DNA from: a virus
DNA length: 64,000 nucleotides
Virus record (IMG/VR): IMGVR_UViG_3300033233_000036
Location: 4,187 to 68,186 of that record
Reading direction: 5' to 3' (one strand)
Shown here piece by piece: positions 18,034-28,243 of the stretch (position 1 is its first letter; the number at the start of each line of letters is the position of its first letter). The translations under genes were made by a program, and so were the position numbers. The notes below the pieces were generated by a model that was given only the letters and a program-made list of their open reading frames with translations, ran no database searches and was not told the origin of the DNA.

Positions 18034-18747
18034 TCAAACCAATTTTTTAGCTGCAACAAAACCAATTCCTCTAGATGGTTCACTTAATTTTGGTATTGGA
18101 AGTCTAAAATTTCCGCCAGAAGTTTTACCTCCACCCTTTTTACCACCACCGCCAGGAGGTTCAGTTATAGTTGGAATTTTGGTTTTAACTGGTTCTGGTA
18201 AATTTTGTGGAACTTTATTAGTTTTTGGTTTTGATTTGGATCCAACAATTACAGGTGCTTTTATTTTTGTTGGTACTGGTTTTGGAGTTGGCTTTGGAGC
18301 AGGAGCTGGTTTTGGTTTAGGAGATGGTTCTGGTTTTGGAGTTGGCTTTGGAGCAGGAGATGGTTTTGGTTTAGGAGATGGTTTTGGTTTAGGAGCTGGT
18401 TTTGGTTTTGGCGCAGGATGGGATGGAGGAGCAACTGGTTTTTGTCCAGGTCTATGTGGTTTTGTTGCAGGTTGAGTTCCAGGTTTAAATCCCTTAAGGG
18501 ATTTAAACCGTTTAAATCCCTTATATAATGAAGTTGCTGCTCCAAGAGCAAGTGTAGCTCCTGCAGCTATTTCTGGTGCGTATACAACTCCTGCAGCTAT
18601 TGCTGGTGGGATAAATTCCAAAAGAGTTCCACCAAGTTCTTCTGCAAGAGGATCAAAATCTTCTTTTCTAGTTAACAATTTATTTTGTCTTTTTTTCTCA
18701 GCATCATTTTCTTTACCTTCTTTGCCTTCTGGCTTTTGTTCAGGCAT
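18034..18747 (-). CDS. Pro/Lys-rich protein; probably the C-terminal part of a frameshift fusion with 18797-19192
   Basis: PKPxP repeats and an Ala-rich hydrophobic segment; the frame stays open upstream to the U11 run. Confidence 0.65.
   Translation of the reverse strand: MPEQKPEGKEGKENDAEKKRQNKLLTRKEDFDPLAEELGGTLLEFIPPAIAAGVVYAPEIAAGATLALGAATSLYKGFKRFKSLKGFKPGTQPATKPHRPGQKPVAPPSHPAPKPKPAPKPKPSPKPKPSPAPKPTPKPEPSPKPKPAPAPKPTPKPVPTKIKAPVIVGSKSKPKTNKVPQNLPEPVKTKIPTITEPPGGGGKKGGGKTSGGNFRLPIPKLSEPSRGIGFVAAKKLV
18270..18420 (-). repeat. Imperfect tandem repeats encoding PKPKPS/PAPKP
   Basis: Repeated TTTTGGTTTAGGAGATGG and TTTTGGAGTTGGCTTTGGAGCAGGA units. Confidence 0.85.
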
Positions 18748-18796
18748 TACATCACAATAAGGTGAAGATGGAAGAACCTTTTCTTCTAATTGCGAT

Positions 18797-19192
18797 TCAA
18801 AAAAAAAAATTTTCGAATTCGTCTCTCCAATTAGAATATCCTTCCTTTTGAATTGCCTTTCCTCTCACATCTCTACGATTTTTTAAATACTTATCAGACT
18901 TAGTATTTTTCTTACCATCATTATCAATATCATCATCTTCTTTTCCAACTGGATCTAAAGCTTCAAAAACTCCAAACTCTTCAGTGAGTTTTGATCTCAC
19001 CATTGTGGAAATTTTTGGACTTAAGGAATGACCGACAATATAATCTGAATAAGCTTTTTGAATGGGAATTCCTTCTCTTTTTGCAAGATTACGAATAGAG
19101 ACTACAACTTGTCTTACTTGTTTAGAAGATTCTTCAGCCTCTTGGATAGAAGTTCTTAAATCTTCAAAAGACTGTTTCCAGATATTAGACAT
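18797..19192 (-). CDS. Late protein, probable head-internal, ending in a U11-UGA slippery stop
   Basis: TATAAATA upstream; EALDPVGKEDDDIDNDG...DKYLKNRR module; IQE and LTE sites. Confidence 0.7.
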   Translation of the reverse strand: MSNIWKQSFEDLRTSIQEAEESSKQVRQVVVSIRNLAKREGIPIQKAYSDYIVGHSLSPKISTMVRSKLTEEFGVFEALDPVGKEDDDIDNDGKKNTKSDKYLKNRRDVRGKAIQKEGYSNWRDEFENFFF

Positions 19193-19232
19193 TGTGATTC
19201 AAAAAATATTTTTACTTTATTGTTATTTATAA

Positions 19233-20309
19233 TTAATTTACTTCAGAAACATCAGTTATCCAAGATCTGAACATAATTCCTTCAGTTGTCAAACAAATCA
19301 AATGATTCGCACCAGAACGAATAATTCTGCCCACTAATCCAGTATGCATATTTTCTATCAATTTACCAACTGAGAAAATTTTCTTTGCAATAAAATTCTC
19401 ACGAAGAGATTGTTGATCGAGTCTAGGTGCAATTTCCCAAAGTTCATATGATTCCTTCTTAGTTTTCTTCGAAGATTTACTCATCGATTGTTGAATCTGT
19501 GAAAAGAGTTGTTTAGTTTTCTTCTCATCCATAGCCTTAGGCATTCCTTTCATAAAGGATTCAAAATCATTTGAAAGTGCAGCAGCTCTAAGTTTAGAAG
19601 CAGACATTCCACTTACATCATTTGAATCAGGATCTCTTTCTCCAGCAGAGAGAACATTGATATTTTGGAAATCATAAAGTTTTCCATTATAATTATTTGC
19701 AAGTTTTTCAAACTCTGGAAGACGATCTGATCCAACTACAATATTTACTCCAGAATATCCTTGTTCATTAGCAGATTTTAGAACATCAAAAATTGATTTT
19801 GCACTTGCATCATTTTGAATATGATCGGCATGATCAGGAAACATTTGTTTCATGAATCCAATTTTAGTATCAGGATCCAATGGATTCTTTTTAGGATCAT
19901 GAGATCTTGATGGATAAATTACATAATCACCATCTTTAGCAACATTTGCAACTTTCTTTAAAAGTTTCTCATGTCCTGCAGTTGGAGGATTAAATCTTCC
20001 AAATGCAATTGTAAGAGTTCCTAGATCTTTTGATTGTTCTTGTTCGGCAGCAGCACGATCTTGTTGCATTTGTGCTGACTGTTGTGCAAGAGCATTAAGT
20101 TGTCCCTGAGGATCAATCTGTTGTTGAGCTTGATGTTGAGGCCCTGCACCTTGTCCAAATATTTTTAACTGACCCTTTACAGTCTTTGCAACTAATTTCC
20201 CTTTTGTATCGTACCAATCGCCATGACCATCTCCCTGAAGCCCCATCTGTTTGGCTCTGGTGGAAGCGGTTGTTTCGGCTTCTGAAAGAAATTGTAAAAA
20301 TGTTTTCAT
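19233..20309 (-). CDS. HIGH-superfamily nucleotidyltransferase (cytidylyltransferase-like)
   Basis: FGRFNPPTAGH, VVGSDR, MSASKLR; N-terminus MKTFLQFLSE. Confidence 0.85.
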   Translation of the reverse strand: MKTFLQFLSEAETTASTRAKQMGLQGDGHGDWYDTKGKLVAKTVKGQLKIFGQGAGPQHQAQQQIDPQGQLNALAQQSAQMQQDRAAAEQEQSKDLGTLTIAFGRFNPPTAGHEKLLKKVANVAKDGDYVIYPSRSHDPKKNPLDPDTKIGFMKQMFPDHADHIQNDASAKSIFDVLKSANEQGYSGVNIVVGSDRLPEFEKLANNYNGKLYDFQNINVLSAGERDPDSNDVSGMSASKLRAAALSNDFESFMKGMPKAMDEKKTKQLFSQIQQSMSKSSKKTKKESYELWEIAPRLDQQSLRENFIAKKIFSVGKLIENMHTGLVGRIIRSGANHLICLTTEGIMFRSWITDVSEVN

Positions 20310-21484
20310 CCTTTATCCCAACTTTTTGCGGCGGTAAAATTAGCTCTGCTAAACTCCAAACGATCTACAAGTTTTAAAGCTCTTCCAGACTTGATTGCAA
20401 CAAATCCTTCAGGAGCAGTTACACGATAACCATCTTCTGTCTTAAGGAAAGTTCCAAAAGTATTTACAGATGATAGTTTTTTGATAATGAAATCTTTCGC
20501 CTTGATTAGATTGAAGTAGGAAGCAATAGTAAAGTAAATTGGATTTTTATTTACTTTAATAAAATTCAAACCACTATCTTTAATCTTTTTATATTTATCT
20601 TGTGCAGATTTTGTTTTTTTTGTTGAAATTTCTTTATCTATTAATTGGGAAAAATATACAGCAAAACCTTGAATAGTATCATTTACTGATCCAAACTTAA
20701 TACCAGATCTAATATAGGAATTGAAAAATTGTTTAAACAATGCATGAAAAGAAAATTTATCTTGCGTGTTCAAAACACTTAAAAATGTAGATGCTTGTTT
20801 TAGAGATCCTTCTGCACGATTGATAAGAGTACCATATGCATTACGTTCTTGCATTGTAAAATTTGCAGCACCACTTGCATTTGAAAATTCAGCAGATGCA
20901 ACAAATACATCATCATCTCCAGGAACTTTTGCACCAAATCTTGCAGTCATGGTTTGGAGAGAAGATCCAACATAGGTTGTATGAAATACAATACCCATTT
21001 TTGATTTTTCAATTTTATCCCCAATCTCTGATTTTTTGGGAACCGCATAAGTAATCGTATTGGGAGTAAAATGCCAAACTTGTTTACCAGAAATCATCCC
21101 AATATACCTATCATTCGTAAACAGAAGATCTCCCTGAACAACTCCACGAATACCAAGTTTTGAAAGATAACGATAAGAAGTTTTTAGTTTTTCATTCAAT
21201 CCTCCAGAAGGATACAAAGAATCTACATCAGACTCTGAGTAACAAATTTTAGGAGTTGTTTTATTAAATACAGATTTAGTTCCAACAAAGAACTTACCAT
21301 TTTCAGGATCAGTTCCACAAATTACTGCAGGAGCACCATCCCACTTAGTAGTGATTTTCATTCCAGAATCACCCTCAGACAACATCTTACCAAGAGATTT
21401 TAAAAAAGCAATTGCATCTTTTCCACCCTGAGTTCCATTGTTCAGGATGTTGTCTTCCAGGTGTTCGAGGTGGGTGTTTTTCAT
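20306..21484 (-). CDS. RNA-ligase-like covalent nucleotidyltransferase
   Basis: TTKWDG (motif I), QGDL (III), PEGFV (IV), LKLV (V). Confidence 0.6.
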   Translation of the reverse strand: MKNTHLEHLEDNILNNGTQGGKDAIAFLKSLGKMLSEGDSGMKITTKWDGAPAVICGTDPENGKFFVGTKSVFNKTTPKICYSESDVDSLYPSGGLNEKLKTSYRYLSKLGIRGVVQGDLLFTNDRYIGMISGKQVWHFTPNTITYAVPKKSEIGDKIEKSKMGIVFHTTYVGSSLQTMTARFGAKVPGDDDVFVASAEFSNASGAANFTMQERNAYGTLINRAEGSLKQASTFLSVLNTQDKFSFHALFKQFFNSYIRSGIKFGSVNDTIQGFAVYFSQLIDKEISTKKTKSAQDKYKKIKDSGLNFIKVNKNPIYFTIASYFNLIKAKDFIIKKLSSVNTFGTFLKTEDGYRVTAPEGFVAIKSGRALKLVDRLEFSRANFTAAKSWDKG

Positions 21485-21485
21485 A

Positions 21486-22199
21486 TTAGAATTCTACCAC
21501 AATGGCATTGGCTGGTGGCTTGGTGACTGTGACAATTCTTCGACCGGTATCCCCCCTGCTAGGTGACTTACCTAGAATTAAAGGATATCCAAATTTATCT
21601 TTTGATTTTGTATCAAACGGTTGATCAGTTCTTCTCTTTCTTAACCTTAAATATAAATCATGAGTTTTAGCATATTTTTTTGCACCATGAAACTTACCAT
21701 TCAATACTAAATTATTTCCATTTTTTGTTCCTCTTACATCCATGGGCCCAATGTACATATAGTCAATAGGGCCTCCCATAGACGCATTTCCAACAACAAT
21801 AAGTTCTTTTAAACTATCACTAACTTTTCCATATACATCTGGAATTTGATCACCATCTTTAAATCCACGACTAGTCAATTCCTGTAATGCTTTATTTAAG
21901 AACTTGCCACTAAATCCAGGAACTGCAAGTTCAAGTCCAGCTAATCCACCACCAGCAATACTAGGAGCACTTGTTCCTTTATTTGAAATATTTACCTTTC
22001 CTTTTTTTGTTGTGATGATAACATCAGTATATGGTTCAGTTCCTGCAGAAGATCTACCTCCAAATTTTTCAGCTCTAATAACATCTCTAATTGTTACTTC
22101 GCCAGATAAAATATTGAATGGTTTTCCAGTAAGTGCATGATGGTTATTAATGGCATCAATTACACCTACTTCCTGTCTTTCTGAAATTACTCCTGCCAT
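21486..22199 (-). CDS. Putative PD-(D/E)xK-type endonuclease
   Basis: ERQE...PYTDVII...ISNK arrangement; RBS sequestered in a hairpin. Confidence 0.5.
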   Translation of the reverse strand: MAGVISERQEVGVIDAINNHHALTGKPFNILSGEVTIRDVIRAEKFGGRSSAGTEPYTDVIITTKKGKVNISNKGTSAPSIAGGGLAGLELAVPGFSGKFLNKALQELTSRGFKDGDQIPDVYGKVSDSLKELIVVGNASMGGPIDYMYIGPMDVRGTKNGNNLVLNGKFHGAKKYAKTHDLYLRLRKRRTDQPFDTKSKDKFGYPLILGKSPSRGDTGRRIVTVTKPPANAIVVEF

Positions 22200-22236
22200 A
22201 AAAAATCCCCTCTTTCTAGTATTTAGAAAGAGGGGA
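22199..22236 (-). promoter_or_regulatory. Terminator-like hairpin containing a late promoter and the RBS
   Basis: TCCCCTCTTTCTA-AATAC-TAGAAAGAGGGGA-TTTTT-ATG. Confidence 0.7.
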
Positions 22237-22244
22237 AGATGAAA

Positions 22245-22652
22245 TTAAATATCTCCTTCCTTACGATTTTCAGAACGATAAACATCAAATGCACCTTCAG
22301 GATAACGAGCACTTAATTTGAGATAATTGCGTTCCATTACATCTTCAAAAGAAACATCAAGTGCCATGCACGCTTGTGCAGCATACCACAGAATATCACC
22401 GAGTTCAACTTTTAAATGTTCAACATTATCATCATTATAAGGTTTACCTTGTAAAAATACTTTCTTTACAATTTCAGTAAACTCACCTGACTCTGCACTC
22501 ATACCAAATGCAGCTGTCATCAAACGAGAAACATCAGCATCTTGAGTTTCCAATTCAGTCAAACGAGAAATCAATTGTGTAAAATCACTACTTGCAGGAC
22601 TTGTAGTTTGACGTACAAATTCAATATACTTATTAGGTTCAATAGTTGCCAT
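22245..22652 (-). CDS. mazG: MazG nucleotide pyrophosphohydrolase
   Basis: AESGEF...ELGDILWY...NYLKL.ARYP. Confidence 0.92.
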   Translation of the reverse strand: MATIEPNKYIEFVRQTTSPASSDFTQLISRLTELETQDADVSRLMTAAFGMSAESGEFTEIVKKVFLQGKPYNDDNVEHLKVELGDILWYAAQACMALDVSFEDVMERNYLKLSARYPEGAFDVYRSENRKEGDI

Positions 22653-22654
22653 AT

Positions 22655-24025
22655 TTAAAATTTAAATCCCTCAAATGTTTTTTTAGGTTTATCATTGTAA
22701 TTATACTCCTCATCCTGTCCACTGTCAATAATGTCTCTTTGAGCAGATTGATCAACATCAAATAATTTCATTTTAGCACGATCAATTCCAATTACAAATC
22801 TCTTATTCATAGTCGGATCATTATATCTATTTTTTAATTGTTTTACCATAATTTGCCCAAGACTTTCTAGTTCTTCGGAACTAATAAGGGCAAACATAAG
22901 ATCAGCAGTAGCAGGGAGTCCAAAAGATTCTGAAGTATCAGTAAGATCAACATCAGAATTACCGAAACCACTCCTAGTAGTTTGAGTAGCAGACATGATG
23001 GGGACGTTGTGTTCAACAGCCAACCCTCTAAGTTCCTCAGCAATTGACTTAACATAAGTATAAGAATTCACTGCAGTTCCTTTATATCTAGAAGATGCAC
23101 AGATATTCAAATAATCAATAAAGATGATATCTGGTTTAAAAGATTTCTTAAGTGATAATTCATTAAGAAGAGATTTAAAATGTCCAGAATGTGCCGAAGC
23201 AGTTGGGTACTCTTTGATCAAAAGTTTACCTTGAGTCTTTTTAGAAAGTTTCTCAATACGATTTTGATAATTATCTTCAGATATATTTGTCAAATCTTGA
23301 ATATTAATATTTAAAAGATTTGCATCAATACGTTCTGCAATTTTTTCTTCAGACATCTCCAAAGTAATGTACAAAACATTCTTACCTTGCAGTAAACAAG
23401 CACTAGCAACGTGACACATGAAGAGAGACTTACCCACACCAGTGCCTGCAAGAGCAATATTAAGAGTTTTATTAGGAATCCCACCTTTTGTAATTTTGTT
23501 GAAGAACTCCAAATCAAAAGGAATTTTTGCCTCGGTTCTGTGATAAAAGTCATAACGTTCCTTATAATCTTCTATGTAATCGTGTCCAATATTATGATCA
23601 AATGATACAGAAAGTGCATCACTAAGAATACTTGGAATCGAATCACGATTTTTTTTATTATCGTTATCATCTACAAGTTGAACAGATTCCATGAGTGCAA
23701 GATAAATTGCACGATCACGACACCACTTTTCAGTTGTATTTACCAACCATTCAAAGTTTGATTCATTATCCTCAAAAGACTCAACAATTTGTGTTGATTC
23801 TTTAAGATCCAAATCAGATAAATCAGTTCGATTATCTAATTCAATATTGAGAATTTCTTTTGTTGCCATATTTCCATACTTGACAACAAACTTACCAATT
23901 TCATCATAAATTACTTTTTCCTTTTTATCTCCAAAATATTCTGGTTTAATAAAAGGAAGAACTTTTCTACAAAATTTCTCATTATAAATCAAATTTGAGA
24001 GGATTGTAGTTTCAATTCGTTCCAT
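22655..24025 (-). CDS. 41: Replicative DNA helicase (gp41)
   Basis: [27 protein letters not shown]. Confidence 0.96.
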   Translation of the reverse strand: MERIETTILSNLIYNEKFCRKVLPFIKPEYFGDKKEKVIYDEIGKFVVKYGNMATKEILNIELDNRTDLSDLDLKESTQIVESFEDNESNFEWLVNTTEKWCRDRAIYLALMESVQLVDDNDNKKNRDSIPSILSDALSVSFDHNIGHDYIEDYKERYDFYHRTEAKIPFDLEFFNKITKGGIPNKTLNIALAGTGVGKSLFMCHVASACLLQGKNVLYITLEMSEEKIAERIDANLLNINIQDLTNISEDNYQNRIEKLSKKTQGKLLIKEYPTASAHSGHFKSLLNELSLKKSFKPDIIFIDYLNICASSRYKGTAVNSYTYVKSIAEELRGLAVEHNVPIMSATQTTRSGFGNSDVDLTDTSESFGLPATADLMFALISSEELESLGQIMVKQLKNRYNDPTMNKRFVIGIDRAKMKLFDVDQSAQRDIIDSGQDEEYNYNDKPKKTFEGFKF

Positions 24026-25019
24026 AAGAGAATTCAGAATGTGCGATTTCTTCCAGTTTAGCCATTATATCATCAGTAAAATATTCTTGTGGATTTTTTA
24101 GAATCTCTTTACCATAGATTTTTTTTCCATTAATCTCGTAACGTCCAGCAACGTTCTTCCAGAGTCCTCCAATTTCTCCAAGCTCAAGTAAACCATAGTA
24201 CCTATCCAAGCCACGCTCATCATAATACAGACGTACTTCAACATCTTGATTCTCCTTACTTAAACGTGATTTTTGAGTTTTGCATTTGATAATATTACCA
24301 ATTACATCTGTTCCATCCTTCTCCTTCTTTTTGGAAAGATAGATGATAGAAGATGCTGCATACTTAAGACCACTACCACCACCCATTTCCTTCATTGGAA
24401 CATAAGAACCAATAACATCATAAGTGTGATTAGTTACAATCATTGGAATGTTTGCTTGTCCCAACTTCAAAGTAAGCATACGGAATGCACCCTTGATAAG
24501 TTGAGATTTAGTCATGTCCCTAACTTCTTTATCATTCAGAGCATCATTGATCTCTTTACTGGTTGAAAGCATACCAAGAGAATCCAGAACAAACATGCAA
24601 GGATTGCGATCTCCTTCTGGTTTCTTCATATACAGATCAACTGCCTTCAGTGCCTTACCACGAAACTCTTCAACTGTAACCACATTAACCACCACGACTC
24701 TAGTTGTGTCAATGCCTCTGCTCTCCAGTAGGGATCGGGTGATTGCAGCTTCAGTATCAAAATACAAACAGTATCCAGTAGAATTATTATCAAGAAAATT
24801 CTTAACCACAGCCAAGCTAAAGAAAGTTTTTCCTGTAGAACTTTCACCTGCGATTGCAGTAATCTTGTTACCAGATACACCACCAAAGATACTCCCAGAT
24901 ACAAGAGCATTAAATATGTACGAACCTGTGTCCACATAAGTTTCAGTTTCAACAATATCTGCTGCCAGTTGTGTGTATTCTCCACCAATTTCTTTTACAA
25001 TATCTTTTAAAAAGTCCAT
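24012..25019 (-). CDS. uvsX: RecA-like recombinase
   Basis: [23 protein letters not shown]. Confidence 0.95.
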   Translation of the reverse strand: MDFLKDIVKEIGGEYTQLAADIVETETYVDTGSYIFNALVSGSIFGGVSGNKITAIAGESSTGKTFFSLAVVKNFLDNNSTGYCLYFDTEAAITRSLLESRGIDTTRVVVVNVVTVEEFRGKALKAVDLYMKKPEGDRNPCMFVLDSLGMLSTSKEINDALNDKEVRDMTKSQLIKGAFRMLTLKLGQANIPMIVTNHTYDVIGSYVPMKEMGGGSGLKYAASSIIYLSKKKEKDGTDVIGNIIKCKTQKSRLSKENQDVEVRLYYDERGLDRYYGLLELGEIGGLWKNVAGRYEINGKKIYGKEILKNPQEYFTDDIMAKLEEIAHSEFSYGTN

Positions 25020-25062
25020 TAATTTTTTTCTCCAATAATAAAATTATACCATATCTTGATCA

Positions 25063-27645
25063 CTAAGAAAAGAAATCTTCCAAACTACCTCGTTTTTCAG
25101 ACTTCCAACCAATACAATCAAGAATTACTTTAAGGGGTTCAAGAAAACTCTTTTCAAATTGTAAATCATAGTCAACATAAGATTCAATATTCAATTCCCT
25201 AGGAAAATCTTGAATGAATGAAATTACATTTTCTTGAATAATATTTGGTTTTTTCAAATAACAAAATTTAATTTTTTCACCATTATTAATCGATGCATAT
25301 TTATTTGATAACTTATTCTCTTTAATATAATGATTGAAGAGAATGGCTCCCCTTACATGAATAGGAGTTCCTTTAAGATACAAAGTTGCAGTTGATCTCC
25401 ATTTATTGATGTTATTTACTGAACGAGGAAAGGAAACTTCTTCTGGGGGAAGTTTTTTGAAAGTCATCCTAAAATTGTCAATAAATTTAATCACATCATC
25501 TTCAGAACCAGTCATAATTAGATTCAATGCTTCCTTAATCTTTTTACGACAAGGTGCAGGAGTAGATGTTTTGATTGCTTCAATACCCATCATCTTAAGT
25601 TTGGGTTCAGAATATCTAACACCCTCACTATCCCAAACGTTAAGAATATAACGTTTCTTGGCAGTCCAGATTCCACGATCAGCAATATTCTCTCGTTTCA
25701 TCTGCATCTTCTGATCGTATGCATTTACATAGTCTGCCAGTTCTTGGTAGCAACCTTCAATATACTTTTCAAGTTCCATGTTACACAATTTATCAAGGAA
25801 CGTGACAACACTTTCATTAGTTTTCTCTCTTCCCTGGTATACACTTTCAACCAAAGGGCCCATATTAAGATAAATGGAATCAGTATCTGAAGCAATAACA
25901 TAATCAACATCCTTTGTCTTAAGAATTTTATTAAAATATTCATTCATTTTAGTCTCAATCCAACGAATTGAGACTTGCCCAGAAAGAGTAATTGCTTCTG
26001 CATTTGCAAGTTTATAATACCTAAAGTACTGATTTCCAATCGCACCATAAGCAGAGTTCAATTGAATCTTGCGAGCTAACTGAATATTATTACAACGAGC
26101 AATCTCTTTCTCCAAATCTTTAGTTGGAGTCTTTTCATACTGTTGTTTTGCAATAATCATTTTCTTCTTATAGATGGTTCGTTCATCATAGATCTTTTCC
26201 ATCAGTTTAGGAAGCATACCTTTTACCCTACGATAAAGTGCTCCATTTGCAGTCATAGTAAGATTCACCTTTTCTAAAGGTGTTAGATCCAACTCTTGAT
26301 TGAGAAGTTTATCTACACTTACTTTTGTAGAAAGTTCTTTTACTTTTTTAAGTGATTTTAGTTCATCATCATTTTCACCACTACTTTCCAATTCTGCAAT
26401 ACGACTATTAAGTTCATCTTTTTCAACAAGTGTTTCAGGACTTATACTGTATTGCATAATCAAGTGAGGATACAGTGAGTTAAGGTCAAAGTTCACCACC
26501 CAATCATACTTACCAGGAATTGGTTCCTTTACATAAGCACCAGCATACTTTTCATCCTTAGAAGAATTCTCTTTAGGTGGAATTACAATATTTTGTTTTT
26601 TGAGATAATTGTAGATAATAGTATCCCACATGCGAACCTGATAGAAAACATCAGTGAAGTTTACTTTGGCATCATAAGCCATAGTGATTGCAAGTTCAAT
26701 CAACTTCATCTTATCCTCCATCATGTCAACAATTTGAACATCCTGGATGTTATATTCAACAAATTTTTGCCAGTCTTTTGTATAAAATTCCTTAAAGGTT
26801 TCATACTCTGAGTGATCGAGTTTCTTTTGTCCTAATTCAACTTCTCCAATATAGTCAAGTTTGTATGATTCTCGGTTTGTATATGTAAACCTTTTATAGA
26901 GATCAAGATAATCCAGAACAGTAATGCCACCAATGTCATAAACAGTATGAGTTCTACCTGCAATAGTTATTTCAGAATTAGTTAAAAGTCTCCATGGAGA
27001 AAGACATTTTGCATACTTAGATCCAAGAACACGATCCAAACGTCCAGCAAGATATGGAATGTCATAAAAAGAACAGTTCCAACCAGTAATAACTTCTGGA
27101 GTATTATTTTCCCAGTAATTCAAGAATTTGCGAAGAAGTTCTTCCTCTCCAGCACAGTGAATATATTTCACATTTTCTTGTTTGTTATTAAAAGGTTTAA
27201 CTCCCCAAGTGACAATATCCTTGGTAGAATAATCCTGAAGGGTAATGGTGAGCATTTCTTCTGCACACTCTTCTACGCTAGGAAATCCATTTTCTGATGC
27301 AACTTCAATATCAATTGTTACGAGTTTGATTTTTTTAATGTCAAACTTAATTTCATCTTCAGGATACTTGTCAGAAATATACTGGTAAACATATCTATTA
27401 TTGCCGTAAACAGAAAAATTTTCTACATTTTCATATTTTTTATAAAACTCACGACAATCTCTAACAGATCCAGGTTTAATAGGATCCACATAGACACCAT
27501 CTAGAGTACGATAGTTTGTTTTATTTTTTGAAGGCAAAAAAAGAGTCGGGGAATAGTCCTCACGATCAATGAAATGTTGTCCATTTTCATATCCACGAAC
27601 GAGAAACTGATCTCCGACAAGTTGAACATTAGTATAAAATCGCAA
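25063..27645 (-). CDS. 43: Family B DNA polymerase (gp43)
   Basis: DIE exonuclease motif, DLNSLYP, KIQLNSAYG, DTDS, KKRY; TTG start. Confidence 0.97.
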   Translation of the reverse strand: MRFYTNVQLVGDQFLVRGYENGQHFIDREDYSPTLFLPSKNKTNYRTLDGVYVDPIKPGSVRDCREFYKKYENVENFSVYGNNRYVYQYISDKYPEDEIKFDIKKIKLVTIDIEVASENGFPSVEECAEEMLTITLQDYSTKDIVTWGVKPFNNKQENVKYIHCAGEEELLRKFLNYWENNTPEVITGWNCSFYDIPYLAGRLDRVLGSKYAKCLSPWRLLTNSEITIAGRTHTVYDIGGITVLDYLDLYKRFTYTNRESYKLDYIGEVELGQKKLDHSEYETFKEFYTKDWQKFVEYNIQDVQIVDMMEDKMKLIELAITMAYDAKVNFTDVFYQVRMWDTIIYNYLKKQNIVIPPKENSSKDEKYAGAYVKEPIPGKYDWVVNFDLNSLYPHLIMQYSISPETLVEKDELNSRIAELESSGENDDELKSLKKVKELSTKVSVDKLLNQELDLTPLEKVNLTMTANGALYRRVKGMLPKLMEKIYDERTIYKKKMIIAKQQYEKTPTKDLEKEIARCNNIQLARKIQLNSAYGAIGNQYFRYYKLANAEAITLSGQVSIRWIETKMNEYFNKILKTKDVDYVIASDTDSIYLNMGPLVESVYQGREKTNESVVTFLDKLCNMELEKYIEGCYQELADYVNAYDQKMQMKRENIADRGIWTAKKRYILNVWDSEGVRYSEPKLKMMGIEAIKTSTPAPCRKKIKEALNLIMTGSEDDVIKFIDNFRMTFKKLPPEEVSFPRSVNNINKWRSTATLYLKGTPIHVRGAILFNHYIKENKLSNKYASINNGEKIKFCYLKKPNIIQENVISFIQDFPRELNIESYVDYDLQFEKSFLEPLKVILDCIGWKSEKRGSLEDFFS

Positions 27646-27648
27646 GGT

Positions 27649-27921
27649 TCACTCCGTAACTTTCAAGTACTTTTCCACAATTTCTGGTTTGGGATTTACA
27701 ATTGTAACAATATATTCAGAAAAAATCATCATTTCTTCATCATCTGTAATATTACACCAAGGAGTAAGATTGAATTCATCATCAATCAAATATGGCTTTG
27801 TAAGTTTACAATTTGGCATGTTGAGTTCATACTCAACTTCAATTTCTTCAATATGACTAACTACCCATTTCTGATTCTTCAACAACAGACACTTCACTGA
27901 GTTCAATTTCTTCTCCTCCAT
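27649..27921 (-). CDS. Hypothetical protein (small beta-rich fold)
   Basis: Position upstream of gp43; L.PW motif shared with 27857-28243. Confidence 0.7.
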   Translation of the reverse strand: MEEKKLNSVKCLLLKNQKWVVSHIEEIEVEYELNMPNCKLTKPYLIDDEFNLTPWCNITDDEEMMIFSEYIVTIVNPKPEIVEKYLKVTE

Positions 27922-28243
27922 TTTGATTTTTTCCTACACGATTTAAATAAGATTCTTCAACTGTTTCAAGTGGATCGTAAAAAGTTACTACCCAATCATA
28001 AGGAACTAAAATTTTCTTTTCCTTAGAAAGAGTCAACCAAGGCATAAATTTAATTTTTGCCCTACTCACACCATCTTCGTCATCAGTATCAACTACTTCA
28101 TATTTTTCAACAATAACTTGATACGGATCTTGAAATTGATAACCAATAAAATTTTCTTGATCTTGATCGTTTTTATTAAACGCCTCTTTGATATCAGAAA
28201 TAATTTCTTCGCCAGATTTCAACAATGCTACTTTGATAGTCAT
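27857..28243 (-). CDS. Hypothetical protein (small beta-rich fold)
   Basis: LLKSGEEII...PW motif. Confidence 0.7.
   Translation of the reverse strand: MTIKVALLKSGEEIISDIKEAFNKNDQDQENFIGYQFQDPYQVIVEKYEVVDTDDEDGVSRAKIKFMPWLTLSKEKKILVPYDWVVTFYDPLETVEESYLNRVGKNQNGGEEIELSEVSVVEESEMGS

Noticed and set aside
18270-18420. Tandem repeats as a possible CRISPR array
   Set aside because: The repeats are in-frame coding units with no unique spacers; no cas genes are present.
17879-18475. 198-aa plus-strand Gly/Phe-rich ORF
   Set aside because: Antisense shadow of the PKP repeats; it also overlaps the real 59-aa minus-strand gene.
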